This document shows positions 17,335 through 27,229 of a DNA stretch of 64,000 bases, in pieces (within the stretch, counting starts at the first letter, position 1; the number at the start of each line of letters is the position of its first letter). The stretch spans positions 4,032,001 to 4,096,000 of the forward strand of contig CBDCOH010000002.1 in NCBI GenBank assembly GCA_965219685.1, written 5' to 3'. Source of the stretch: Candidatus Spongiisociaceae bacterium (lineage in GTDB: Bacteria; Actinomycetota; Acidimicrobiia; Spongiisociales; Spongiisociaceae). The position numbers were made by a program, and so were the translations under genes. The notes below the pieces were generated by a model that was given only the letters and a program-made list of their open reading frames with translations, did no database searches and had not been told where the DNA came from.

Positions 17335-18942
17335 GGCGGCGTAGACGCAGACCGCGACGTGGCCGCGGACTCGTTGTTCGGTCCAGTGCCTGACGGGGCG
17401 GAGCCTCAGGAAGTCTTTGAGGACCCTGAAGCGGGTCTCGACTGCTTGCAGTTGGCGGTAGTGGTCCACGACTTGGGCGGTGGGGGCCTGGGCGGGTGTG
17501 AGGCTTGTGGCTAGCACGTAGCGACCGGCGAGGAGTTCTTCGTATGTGTGGGTGTCTTCGTTGTAGTGGTAGAGAAACCGTCCAGCTCCGATCTCGATGT
17601 CGAAGAGCCGTCCGGCGCCGCCGGAGGCGAGGATACGCTGCGCGGCCGCCCCGATTTTGGCGGGGTCCTTCAGCTTGCCGGCGCGGACGCGCAGCTCCAG
17701 CGCCCGCAGTTTTGCCTCCGCCGCGGCGATGATGTGGGCTGTGCGGGCGGCGTCTCGGCGGGCGCGGCCGTCGGACTCGACCACAACCGCCCGGGTGCCG
17801 TCCTCGAGGCTGATATCAGCGGCGCGGCAACGGTACTGGTCTATGTCGACCCAGACGGTGTCGTCGTCGATGGCCGCAAGGGCTTGGTTGCTGATACGGT
17901 CACGACGCAGTTTCGTGGCCAATATGTGGTCGAACCCGGCTTCGGCGACCACTTCGATGTTGGCTGCCGACATCAGGCCCCTGTCAGCGACCACACAGAT
18001 ACGGCCCACCGCGAACCTCTCGGCCAGGTCGCTCAACACTGCCGCCAGGGTGATGACATCGGCGGTGTTGCCCGAGAACACCCGATGAGCGATCGGGATC
18101 CCGTCGGAGGTGCACAGCAGGCCGATCACTATCTGGGGCCGATCAGCACGATGGTCCCGCGAGTAACCGAACGCCCGGGATGGGAAACGCCCAGACGGGC
18201 GGGTCGAACCCTCGAAATATGTGGAAGTGAGGTCGTAGCAAACCAGCCGCAGGTCCAGGTTCGTCAGGTCGCACAACCGCGAATACAGATGTGTCTCCGT
18301 GTCGTCCTTGGAAGCGGCGACCGCGTCCAGGGCCCGGTAGTACTGATCAATCGACGGAGCCGACCAGCCCTCGGGCATGACCACATCCGCCCCGGCCCAC
18401 TCAACCAGTTGCCGCTTCGAGCACGGTGCCACCAACCGGTTGGCCACCATCGCGAATACCGCATGCTCCAAGGCCTTCGCGCCCCGTCTAGCGCCGACCT
18501 GAGCGAACCACTCGTCGAGGCCGAGCCGCTGCCACACCGCCCACACCGCCGCTACCGCCCCCACCCCAGGCGCCCCCTCAGCTTCCAACGCCCCCACATC
18601 GACACGTTCGCGGCGTAGATGACGCTCCAGCGCGGCCACGATCCGTTCCAGCTGGCCGGACTCCCGCAAAGCGGTCACCTCCCCCAGCCGCAAAAGAGTC
18701 CGGTGACCGACCTTCGACCCTTGGCGGAAAGACTCCACCAAAGACAAATACTCGTAAACCTTGTCGCCCCTGCGACGGCGGGTCGTCTTTACGAACATGG
18801 CCAGAACAATACCACTAACAGCCCATCTAATCAACGATATGTCGCCCCTACATTCTCGCACCGGAACGGTGTTCTACACCACAAAACCCCAGGTCAGCGA
18901 ACCAACCACCCCCACAAAGCCCCCCAACCCGCCAAACTCGGG
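16989..18942 (-). mobile_element. IS1634-family insertion sequence, intact
   Basis: 16-bp terminal inverted repeats CCCGA(A/G)TTTGGCGGGT at 16989-17004 and 18927-18942; 5-bp target duplication TCTGA at 16984-16988 and 18943-18947. Confidence 0.9.
17095..18798 (-). CDS. IS1634-family DDE transposase
   Basis: YEYLSLVESFR, YDLTSTYFEG, FGYSRDHRADRPQ, VADRGL and VETRFRVLK...LRPVRHW motifs. Confidence 0.9.
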   Translation of the reverse strand: MFVKTTRRRRGDKVYEYLSLVESFRQGSKVGHRTLLRLGEVTALRESGQLERIVAALERHLRRERVDVGALEAEGAPGVGAVAAVWAVWQRLGLDEWFAQVGARRGAKALEHAVFAMVANRLVAPCSKRQLVEWAGADVVMPEGWSAPSIDQYYRALDAVAASKDDTETHLYSRLCDLTNLDLRLVCYDLTSTYFEGSTRPSGRFPSRAFGYSRDHRADRPQIVIGLLCTSDGIPIAHRVFSGNTADVITLAAVLSDLAERFAVGRICVVADRGLMSAANIEVVAEAGFDHILATKLRRDRISNQALAAIDDDTVWVDIDQYRCRAADISLEDGTRAVVVESDGRARRDAARTAHIIAAAEAKLRALELRVRAGKLKDPAKIGAAAQRILASGGAGRLFDIEIGAGRFLYHYNEDTHTYEELLAGRYVLATSLTPAQAPTAQVVDHYRQLQAVETRFRVLKDFLRLRPVRHWTEQRVRGHVAVCVYAALIETLINHALAAADIRDPDLGDQHLTAARALRDLNRIRRHQLTANRRRIQVTSRRSPLQTRILTAIGADTRTWDNPTIT

Positions 18943-19040
18943 TCTGATCAACTACCGGCCAGCCAGACCGAGAGCCGCGGACTGTCAACAAGCCGATAAG
19001 GGGCAACGAGACGAGAAGACGAATACCTCCACGTCTTAGC

Positions 19041-20000
19041 CTAAACGGGGGGAGGGGCGGGCGCGCGCGGGGTGTACTCGGTGGCCAGCAGTGCCTTCCC
19101 GGATGGGCTGAGCACAGCGGCGCCCACGCCTACGAGGGTTATGGCGCCTCCGGCGATGTGAACCGGCGTCACGACTTCTCCGAGGAAGAACCAGGCCATT
19201 GCGGCCGCCAGGAATGGCAACGCCAGGTTCATGAGGGGTGGGACGTTGGCCGGTACCCAGCGGAGGCTCCAGGTGAGCAGGATGGCGCCGATACCGCCCG
19301 GCACGACCACGACACCGAGCACCTGCAGCATGTCCGGGCCGGTCACATCCAGGACGTCCTGGCGGGTGAACAGGCAGAACAACGACACGCACAGCCCGCT
19401 GACCAGCAGCATGCCCATCGTCAGCGGGATGGTGTGCATCGTTCCCCGTGCCAGTTTCATGGTTACGAACTGCACTGACCAAGAGACTACGGACAGGGCG
19501 CCGAGGGCGATACCGAAGGGGTTGCCGTCCGGTCCCGTCGACCCCCCGAGTATCACCACCGCGGATCCGAGGATGGCGACCAGGGTCCACAGGCGGAACC
19601 TCATCCCGGGGCGTTCCCCGAACAGCGGGATCGCCCACAGAGCGATGAACACCGGGTTCAACATGGTCAACAGCGAGATGTCGGCAACCGAGGTGAACTT
19701 CACGGCGATCATGAACATCGTGGTCGAGATGGCGTTGAAGAAACCGGCCCAGGCCGGGACCTTCCACTCGCGGCCACGCGGCAGCGCGAGGTCGAAGCGG
19801 CCGAATAGCGCGATCGCGGAGAACGTTGCCACGATCCCTATCCAGGACCGCCAGAACGCGAACACCGGCCCGGAAGCGGATGATGCCTGGATGAAGACGG
19901 GGGCTGTGCTGAACGCCACGACCGACGTGGCGATCAGAATCAGGGGTCTGCGCGATCCCAGGTCGCGGAGCCCCATGATGGCTGCAGGGGGGTTCAGCAC
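19041..20000 (-). CDS. EamA/DMT-family transporter
   Basis: About 10 hydrophobic segments in two EamA halves; PLFGER and FFLGE motifs. Confidence 0.85.
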   Translation of the reverse strand: MLNPPAAIMGLRDLGSRRPLILIATSVVAFSTAPVFIQASSASGPVFAFWRSWIGIVATFSAIALFGRFDLALPRGREWKVPAWAGFFNAISTTMFMIAVKFTSVADISLLTMLNPVFIALWAIPLFGERPGMRFRLWTLVAILGSAVVILGGSTGPDGNPFGIALGALSVVSWSVQFVTMKLARGTMHTIPLTMGMLLVSGLCVSLFCLFTRQDVLDVTGPDMLQVLGVVVVPGGIGAILLTWSLRWVPANVPPLMNLALPFLAAAMAWFFLGEVVTPVHIAGGAITLVGVGAAVLSPSGKALLATEYTPRAPAPPPV

Positions 20001-20044
20001 CGTTCAGAGAGAACGAAGCATGGGACGCCGACCTCGTTGATCGA

Positions 20045-21001
20045 TCAAAGGGGTTGCCGGATCTCGAAGCGCTCCTCGTTGGGACCGGCCAGGATCGCGA
20101 TCCGGTATCGATCGGATCCCACCGCTACCTCTGCGGGACCTGCCAGGAGCTCGTCGGGGCCGGCGCGGCTGACTACCGCGTCCACGTCGCTCACGTCGTG
20201 CGTATAGAGGGAGATACCGAGGTTGCGGGGATGCATCCGGCCGACCAGGCGGCGCCCGGTGCCTTCGTAGAAGTGAACCAGCAGGTACTTGCCGCTCGGG
20301 TCGGGAGGGACGTTGAGGACCAGGAAGTGCATGGGTGTACCGGGTGGAGCCCCGACCAGTTCGTTGGCGACGTCGAGCAGATCATCCGACACGTCGGCGG
20401 CGCTCCGCACGTTCATGCCCAGTACCTCCCCGTAGAACCTCCTGCTGTCCTCGGGGTCGTCGCAAATGACCGACACGGTCGCGATCTCGCTGTAGCGGGC
20501 ACCGGGCGGTTGCACCCGGTGGGAGGTTGCGGGGTGGTTCACGGCCACCATGAGCAGGAACGGGACCCCGTCGGGGCCGGTGAACAGGAGCTCCTCGGTC
20601 TCCGTGGGGCCGATCACGTAGTGGATGGGGCGGGAGCGGGGCGGGAACCCCGCTTCGGTGATCTCGGAGATGGCCTCGTCGAGGTCGTGGTTCACGTAGA
20701 AGTCGATCGCCTTGGGGCCGACATCGACCGCCGAGTCAGGGCCGTCTAGGTCGTCACGGACTCGCTGCGTGGCCGGCGGATGGTGCTCCACCAGCCTGAG
20801 TTGACCGCTGGGATAGCTCTCGTAGGACAGGTGGGTTATGCGCGCCGATACTTCCGCGTCCAGCCCCCAGAGATCCGCAAGGTCACGGCTCGCCTCCCAC
20901 TCGGCTTCGATGCGGAGTCCCACCACATCGCGGAACAGGCCCAAGGCTTCCTCGGTGTCGGTCACACCGATCGTCACTATTCGCAGCGGCCCGACGGACA
21001 T
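20045..21001 (-). CDS. VOC/glyoxalase-family protein with two VOC modules
   Basis: Start reassigned to MSVGPLRIVTIGV; FTGPDGVP and AGPNEERFEI module ends. Confidence 0.8.
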   Translation of the reverse strand: MSVGPLRIVTIGVTDTEEALGLFRDVVGLRIEAEWEASRDLADLWGLDAEVSARITHLSYESYPSGQLRLVEHHPPATQRVRDDLDGPDSAVDVGPKAIDFYVNHDLDEAISEITEAGFPPRSRPIHYVIGPTETEELLFTGPDGVPFLLMVAVNHPATSHRVQPPGARYSEIATVSVICDDPEDSRRFYGEVLGMNVRSAADVSDDLLDVANELVGAPPGTPMHFLVLNVPPDPSGKYLLVHFYEGTGRRLVGRMHPRNLGISLYTHDVSDVDAVVSRAGPDELLAGPAEVAVGSDRYRIAILAGPNEERFEIRQPL

Positions 21002-21032
21002 GTCAACCCTCTCGGAAGAAACGAGGCCCATC

Positions 21033-22052
21033 TTATTGGCAGGGTTCGCCGAGGATCGCGTCGCGGAGTTCGGATCGGGCGGTGCGGGCATCTCCGACGG
21101 TGAGGCCGAAGACCTCCGGCATGTGCGAGTAGAAGTTCCCGCAGTTCACCGGAACCACCTCCTCGACCTCGTCGACCGCTGCGAGATCCTCCCCGACCCG
21201 GTCGGGCGTGCTCACCAGCACGAAGTCGCGGACAAGGTCGTCGGGCAACAGGCGGGCAGCCTCGGTCCACAGTTCTCGCTCCACGAGGGCCGCGAATTCG
21301 TCCCTCAACTCGTCGCCGGCTGCATCGGCCAGGCGGCCCATGTACCACGGCCGCGACATGGCGACCGTCACGTCGGCGCGGGCCCGGCGCAGAGACTCCT
21401 CCTCGTCAGGATGGACAGAAACCACCATCCCGGTGCTGAGGTAGAACGGAGCGGCCGGATCCCGAGCCTCCTTCACGATGGCGACCCGATTGCGCATGAC
21501 GCGCCTTGCGGTCATGAGGTGCATCACCAACCCGTCGGTGGCCTGCGCCGCCCATCGCACCGTAAGGGGTCCCTGCGCCCCGATCACCACCGGTGTGTGG
21601 TCGCGGTCGAGGCCGAACCCGGGATGGGCGGCCCGGTAGTGCTTCGTGGCCACCTCGACCGGTGCGCCGACGGGGCCCCGCAACACTCCGAGGATGCACT
21701 CGGTGAAGTCGCGCAGGCGTCCGAGCGACGGCCGGTACCCGACTCCGTGTGCATCCTCGTTGGTTGTGGGGGTGCCGATCCCCAGCCCGAGTGCGAACGC
21801 GCGGTCGAACGAGGCGATGCTCGCCGCGGCCAGGGCGGTCTGCAGCGGTGAGCGGGTAGGCAGGGCTACCCCGATGCCGAGCGGCACGCGGTCGGTGGCC
21901 GCCACCGCCAGCGCAGCGTCCACGAATCCGTCCCGGCCGGGGATATCGGCTGACAGAACACTGCTGACCCCGGCTCGCTCGGCGCGCACGCAGTCCCCGT
22001 ACCAGTCGCGGGATGAATCCGACAAGGCTCTCGAATAGCCGACCGATGCCAT
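21033..22052 (-). CDS. LLM-class flavin-dependent oxidoreductase
   Basis: ATDRVPLGIGVA, ALGLGIG, IGAQGP..VRWAAQATDG; start reassigned to MASVGY. Confidence 0.8.
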   Translation of the reverse strand: MASVGYSRALSDSSRDWYGDCVRAERAGVSSVLSADIPGRDGFVDAALAVAATDRVPLGIGVALPTRSPLQTALAAASIASFDRAFALGLGIGTPTTNEDAHGVGYRPSLGRLRDFTECILGVLRGPVGAPVEVATKHYRAAHPGFGLDRDHTPVVIGAQGPLTVRWAAQATDGLVMHLMTARRVMRNRVAIVKEARDPAAPFYLSTGMVVSVHPDEEESLRRARADVTVAMSRPWYMGRLADAAGDELRDEFAALVERELWTEAARLLPDDLVRDFVLVSTPDRVGEDLAAVDEVEEVVPVNCGNFYSHMPEVFGLTVGDARTARSELRDAILGEPCQ

Positions 22053-22188
22053 GTGTGTCCTCGTTATCGTTGGGTCTAGAGTCAGCGCAGAGAGCCTAAC
22101 GGCCTGGTTGCGAGACGGGAGGGGAAGTGACGTCGATGGCAAGCGGGGCACGGCGAGTTTTCTTCCGGCAGACCAAGAGGAGAGGCCG

Positions 22189-23112
22189 ATGATCTCACCA
22201 ATATCGGTAGCGACGGTCGGGGTCACCGACCTCGAGGCTTCTGTCCGCTTCTACCGCTCGCTCCTGCAATGGGAAGTTGTGGCAACCGGAGAGGTTCGCG
22301 GACCGGACCTCGAAGCGCTCTGGCGGATGCCACCAGGTCTCGCCGGGCGGGTGGTGGTACTGGGTGCTCCCGGCCTACGGCTCGGACGGATCCGCCTCGT
22401 CGAGTGGGACGAACCCGGGGAGTTGGTCCGGGATCCTCTCCGCAACCAGGACTTCGGTCACTACGCGCTGAACTTCCGGGTAGCCGACCTCCAAGAGGTC
22501 TGGGAGCGGTTGGAGGCGATCGGAGGTAGTGCGCGCTCGAGGCCCAACACCTGGGTGGTGGCCGAAGGCATCCTCGCTCACGACTCGCTGTGCTACGACC
22601 CGGACAGCATCACCTGCGACGTCTTCGAGCTTCCCGATGAGGGGCCGCTCGGTCCTCTGGGCGACCGTCCGTCCAGCGAGTTGCAGACCATGGCGATCCG
22701 CCCTAGCGACATGGCCGCCACGACGGCGTTCTACACGGGACTCGGCTACGAGGTCTGGTACGACCACAAGACCGACGGCATCGAGGGATTTCTGCACCTT
22801 CCGGAGGGGACCACGCTTCACAACGTCAACCTCCATATGCCCTCGATCTGCCGCAACGCTCGGGTCGAACTGGCGGCCTACCTGGGGTATCCGGGCGTGA
22901 ACGTTGCTGATCGGGCTGTGCCGCCCAACATCGGGGTCATGTCGATCAGCTTCGAGACCGACGACTTCGACCGGGACACGGCGCTGGTCGAGGATCTGGG
23001 GGCAGGATCGGTTGGGCGGTCGGACGGGATCGAGATCGCGCCCTACGGACCCACCCGGATCGCCACCTACCTGGGACCGGACGGCGAGGCCGTCGAATTG
23101 GTGGAGGTCTGA
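22189..23112 (+). CDS. VOC/glyoxalase-family protein with two VOC modules
   Basis: Start reassigned to MISPISVATVGV after GAGGAG; ALNFRV, SELQTMA, HNVNL and RAVPPNIG motifs shared with 45-986. Confidence 0.85.
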   Translation: MISPISVATVGVTDLEASVRFYRSLLQWEVVATGEVRGPDLEALWRMPPGLAGRVVVLGAPGLRLGRIRLVEWDEPGELVRDPLRNQDFGHYALNFRVADLQEVWERLEAIGGSARSRPNTWVVAEGILAHDSLCYDPDSITCDVFELPDEGPLGPLGDRPSSELQTMAIRPSDMAATTAFYTGLGYEVWYDHKTDGIEGFLHLPEGTTLHNVNLHMPSICRNARVELAAYLGYPGVNVADRAVPPNIGVMSISFETDDFDRDTALVEDLGAGSVGRSDGIEIAPYGPTRIATYLGPDGEAVELVEV

Positions 23113-23732
23113 TGCACATCCCTGGCGTACCGTTCGAGGAGATGACCACGGAGATGCGCCGGCGGGCAGCGGCGGGCGCCGAGGTGGCCGGGGACATGCG
23201 CTTCATGCAGGCCATCGCGGCCGCCCCCCACATGGCGGAGTTCTACTTCGACGGTTTCTACGAGCAGGTGTTCTTCGGCGGCGAGGTGCCGATAGTGACC
23301 AAGGAATTGGTCCGGCTCCGCCTCTCCAACCTGCACGGGTGCGCCTTCTGAAACCGCACCAACCCCGTCTCGGCGAGACGGCACGGAGTAACCGAGGAGC
23401 AGATCGAGGCGGTGGCCGGGGACATCGACACCGGTCCGTTCACCGAAGCTGAGAAGGCGGCGCTGGCGCTGGCCACGGTCCTGTCCAACGCGGTGCAGGA
23501 CGGCGTGGTCGACGAGCACCTGGCGGCCGAGCTGCGCCGCCATTACACCGATGGCCAGATCATGGAACTGGCGATGGTGATCGCCATCCTCGTGGGAATG
23601 GCCCGCCTGCTGTTCGCGCTCGATCTGGCCGACCGCGAGGACGCCTGTCCGGTTGCTTACTCTCGGATCACCGAAACTAAGTCAGGTTTGGCTCGTGGAG
23701 ATCAGGTCCTTAGCCGTCCTTTCAATAGCTGA
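23112..23732 (+). CDS. AhpD/carboxymuconolactone-decarboxylase-family protein, probable selenoprotein (TGA at 23349-23351 read as Sec)
   Basis: ORFs 23112-23351 and 23412-23732 are in frame; joined they read KELVRLRLSNLHGCAF-U-NRTNPVSARRHGVTEEQIEAV...FTEAEKAALALA, a continuous AhpD-like fold with a CxxU motif. Confidence 0.8.
23365..23381 (+). promoter_or_regulatory. Candidate bacterial SECIS hairpin
   Basis: CCGTCTC-GGC-GAGACGG: 7-bp stem whose G-initiated loop begins 20 nt after the in-frame TGA. Confidence 0.65.
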
Positions 23733-23931
23733 GCATGGTGGTGATGGCAGGTCACGGCTCGTCTCAAGTAACTGGCGGAGCGCGCGGCAACATGGTTGAG
23801 TCAGTAGTTGGTGCCCCCATCGTAGCTCAGTCTAGAGTCGGGTTACCAAGCACCGGGCCTGGAAGCGCGGACCCGGTTGATGTGGACCTTGCAGTAGGAT
23901 AAACACTGAGGGTAGAAGAGGACAAGTAGAG

Positions 23932-25053
23932 ATGGCCAACGCCAAAACACGTGATGCACGAGCGGGTTTCGAGATATACGTCGAGACAGGCGGGAGTCTT
24001 ACACTAGATGAACTCAACGATCGCCTAGGCGGTGCAGGATATGGGAAGATTGCAGAACGTACACTTAACCACTATCGGAATCTACTCAGAGTAGGTTCTA
24101 ATCGCTACATACCTATCAACCGCTTTGATGTTGCCCGTGCTTCTCGAGCTTACGAGAACCTGTCGTCGCTAGTTCGCTACAGGTATCGGAGTACTGAGAT
24201 ACCCGTTAGAACCCGCTTCATTAAGGCTCAGAGCCTGTTGGACGTCAGTGGACTTGCCGTAGCATCAGGTGATGTTGGGGTATTAATTCACTTTGATGAT
24301 GACTCGATCAAAGAAGTCACCAACTTCAAACCCAACACTGGGAATATCGTAGTCTTGGAGTTTGGCAGCTCCAGTAAACCGATTCTGGGAATAGTAGTAT
24401 ACTGTGACTTATCGTCCACACCTCCTCTTGTTGAAGTGGAGTATACAGGACTCACTTCGCCACCCGACTTCGGGACTAATAGTGTGATTTCGGCCGAGCC
24501 TGTTCGGTTCATAGTCACGAGCGATACGCACGACAATAACGCCATCGATATAGTCGGACGACGCATCTACTACTTCTTTGAGCTAATTGAGGGGGTTCGG
24601 ACGCTCTTGAACAAAGCCGGCCAAGATTCCGATGATGTCTACTATATACCACCACCGATAGTTAAGGAATTGAGTTTCGCCTCTCCGATACAGATCGTAC
24701 TAGAGATACCGCCGATTCTGCTGCCTATTATACCCTGTCTAATTGTTGGGAAGCTAGCTCGACAATTCATAGAGATACGTCGGGTGTGGTACCAGGGATC
24801 TGTAGATAAGGCTCAGGGACTTCTTCTCTCACAGGCGCTAGAGAAAGAAAAGCAGGAGAAGGAAATTGTCGTCGAAACCAGGGAAGTTATCCGCCAGATA
24901 CTGCCTAAGTCTCAGCTCTCAGATGACGAGATCGATAGGGCAGTGAAGGAGCAGATACTAGTAGCTCTTCGAGGACTAGTGGAAAACGGGATTACTAACA
25001 TAGAGGCTCAAACACACCGTCAAGTAGTTGGTAGTGATAACGATGTCAAGTAG
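23932..25053 (+). CDS. Hypothetical protein in a low-GC islet
   Basis: 373-aa open frame with clearly lower GC than the flanks; no confident family. Confidence 0.7.
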   Translation: MANAKTRDARAGFEIYVETGGSLTLDELNDRLGGAGYGKIAERTLNHYRNLLRVGSNRYIPINRFDVARASRAYENLSSLVRYRYRSTEIPVRTRFIKAQSLLDVSGLAVASGDVGVLIHFDDDSIKEVTNFKPNTGNIVVLEFGSSSKPILGIVVYCDLSSTPPLVEVEYTGLTSPPDFGTNSVISAEPVRFIVTSDTHDNNAIDIVGRRIYYFFELIEGVRTLLNKAGQDSDDVYYIPPPIVKELSFASPIQIVLEIPPILLPIIPCLIVGKLARQFIEIRRVWYQGSVDKAQGLLLSQALEKEKQEKEIVVETREVIRQILPKSQLSDDEIDRAVKEQILVALRGLVENGITNIEAQTHRQVVGSDNDVK

Positions 25054-25137
25054 ACATGTCGCCAAGCTACTGGATAGTAGAGGTACACCTTAACGTCTCC
25101 TATCTAGCAGATCGACAGTCAACGGTGATCCGGATGA

Positions 25138-26085
25138 CTAACCGACTGAGGAATCGCGGATATCGAGCTGTCTGATGCGGGCGTCTGCCAGTTCTACATA
25201 AGTTGAGTCTGTATCGTACCCAACACCACGGCGCTTAGCAGCTTTAGCTGCTACTAAAGTTGTCCCTGATCCCATGAACGGATCTAGTACAAGATCTCTC
25301 TCGTAGGTGTACAACTGTATTAGGCGGGCTGGAAGCTCCAGTGGGAAAGGAGCCGGATGTCCTATCCGGCTGGCGTGGGCAGGAGGTATATCCCAAACAT
25401 CAAGCGTTGCTTTCATGAATTCGGCCCGGTCGATAGTAGCCTTGTAAGGCAGTTTGTGTCTTCGTCTATGGGCAGGCGTAAGGGCTCGATCAAAGCGCCC
25501 TTTGCTGGCAATCACCACTCGCTCAGTCACATCCCGAAGCACAGGGTTGGTCGGACTCAACCATGATCCCCATGCACAGGAGCCATTAGCGGCCTTAGCT
25601 TTGCGCCATATGATCTCCCCCCGCAAGAGTAGACCGAGGTCATCTTGGAGTATACGGATCACATCGCTGCTAAGGCTGCGGTAGGGTTTGCGCCCAAGGT
25701 TGGCTACGTTGATAGCCATCCGTCCACCAGACTCCAACACTCGCGCACATTCAGTGAATACGTTGCGCAACAAGGTTAAGTACTCTGCGTATGACCTAGG
25801 TACTTGGCGGCCCGTCACTGCCTGCTCGTAATCTTTGCCGACGAAGTAGGGAGGTGAGGTGACCATGAGGGCCACGCTACTGTCTGGAAGTTCGGACATC
25901 TGCTGGCTATCGCCGTGAATCGCTCTTGGCTCTTCGAAGCCCTTCGCATACTCGACCGCGTCGTCGTCTGACAACTTGGGAGATGGGAATCGGGCGTAGA
26001 ATGCAGAAGCATCGTGGCCCTCGCGCCGGGCAGTTCCGAAGCTGGTCGTCGCCGTTCGCTGGCGTGGTTGCCGTTTGCCGTCCAC
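25138..26085 (-). CDS. Site-specific DNA methyltransferase (N4-C/N6-A, beta class)
   Basis: TSPPY catalytic motif precedes HPAPFP and LDPFMGSGTT SAM-binding motif; GTG start after GGAGG chosen, start uncertain. Confidence 0.9.
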   Translation of the reverse strand: MDGKRQPRQRTATTSFGTARREGHDASAFYARFPSPKLSDDDAVEYAKGFEEPRAIHGDSQQMSELPDSSVALMVTSPPYFVGKDYEQAVTGRQVPRSYAEYLTLLRNVFTECARVLESGGRMAINVANLGRKPYRSLSSDVIRILQDDLGLLLRGEIIWRKAKAANGSCAWGSWLSPTNPVLRDVTERVVIASKGRFDRALTPAHRRRHKLPYKATIDRAEFMKATLDVWDIPPAHASRIGHPAPFPLELPARLIQLYTYERDLVLDPFMGSGTTLVAAKAAKRRGVGYDTDSTYVELADARIRQLDIRDSSVG

Positions 26086-26262
26086 GACGTCCTCCTCCCG
26101 CTCGGCTGAGTCTACAGCCATCTGTACCTGCATATGTGTAATTACAAAGGTAGGAGCCGTGTGTGACAACCCGCCTTGCCGGCGAAGTCCCTTGCAGCCC
26201 GATCTGAGGTATGCAAGCAGAGATGTGCGCTTTGCGCACACCGCTTTGACTGTCGGTATGCT

Positions 26263-27120
26263 TCAGTTGCCGGTTATCAGGTACGAGAGGGTGCGGTTGG
26301 CGTTCATCGGTGCCCACTGCTTGAAACCTGCCCAGTGTCCCCAGCGCGGTCTCAGCCTGGCGGCCACCTTGGCGCAGGTCTCGTTGCGGACCCGCTCGGT
26401 CATCTCTACCCCGTCCTCGCCCGGGAGGGGCTTCTGGCCGCCCATCGAGGCGAACTCCTCGGCCGTGACGTCGATCAGTTCGTGGAAGTAGGCGCGGTAG
26501 TCGTCGGCCCATGACCGTTGGTCGGGACCCAGGTGCCCACCCATGACGATGTCGAAGTCCTCGGCCGCCAGAGCATCGAGCGTGTCGACTATCCCGGCCA
26601 GATCCGAGTCGGCCAGGTCGCGATAGGGGGCTACCCCCGGCTCGATGACATCGGAGAACACCAGCAACGTGCCCCCGTCCGTGTTTGCGAACAGGGCGAT
26701 GTTCGAGTTGGAGTGGTTGGGTCCGAAGTACCGGGTCCTGATCTCGAGGCTCCCGAACCGAAGCGTATCCTCGTCGGCCACCAGGCGGGTCGGAAGCCGC
26801 AGGTCGTCGGCGCCCCTCCGGGCGATCCGCTCGGCTGCCAGCGGGTGGGCGATGATCTCGGCGTCCGGGCCCAGGATCCGGGCGCCGCAGGCATGGTCAC
26901 GGTGGTCGTGGGTGTAGACGATGGCGACCACCGGTGCGTCGGTGACGGTGGCGATCGCCCTGCGGTAAGCGGCGGAGGCGGTGTCGTCTATAGGGTCGAC
27001 GGCGCAGACACCCTCCGAGGTTACGAAGAAAGGGCTGGCATAGAAGCCCGTGCGCCACTTGAACAGGTGCACGCCCTTCCCCAGGTCCTCCAGGTCCCAG
27101 TCAGCCTCTCGTTCCGCCAT
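26263..27120 (-). CDS. Metallo-beta-lactamase-fold hydrolase
   Basis: THDHRDH (HxHxDH), GPNHS, FSD and GGH motifs. Confidence 0.85.
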   Translation of the reverse strand: MAEREADWDLEDLGKGVHLFKWRTGFYASPFFVTSEGVCAVDPIDDTASAAYRRAIATVTDAPVVAIVYTHDHRDHACGARILGPDAEIIAHPLAAERIARRGADDLRLPTRLVADEDTLRFGSLEIRTRYFGPNHSNSNIALFANTDGGTLLVFSDVIEPGVAPYRDLADSDLAGIVDTLDALAAEDFDIVMGGHLGPDQRSWADDYRAYFHELIDVTAEEFASMGGQKPLPGEDGVEMTERVRNETCAKVAARLRPRWGHWAGFKQWAPMNANRTLSYLITGN

Positions 27121-27229
27121 CGGACATTCCTCTTTCCTGACCCGGCGCGGCGCGGGACACTGACGGATGATAGGTTTACGTCGGCGGCCGCGGTGACGCT
27201 CTAAGGTCAGCGGTCGGGAGGATTACCAG

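Noticed and set aside
23813-23880. tRNA-like start GCCCCCATCGTAGCTCAG at the edge of the low-GC islet
   Set aside because: No T-arm (GTTCRA) or complementary acceptor stem follows; no cloverleaf can be drawn
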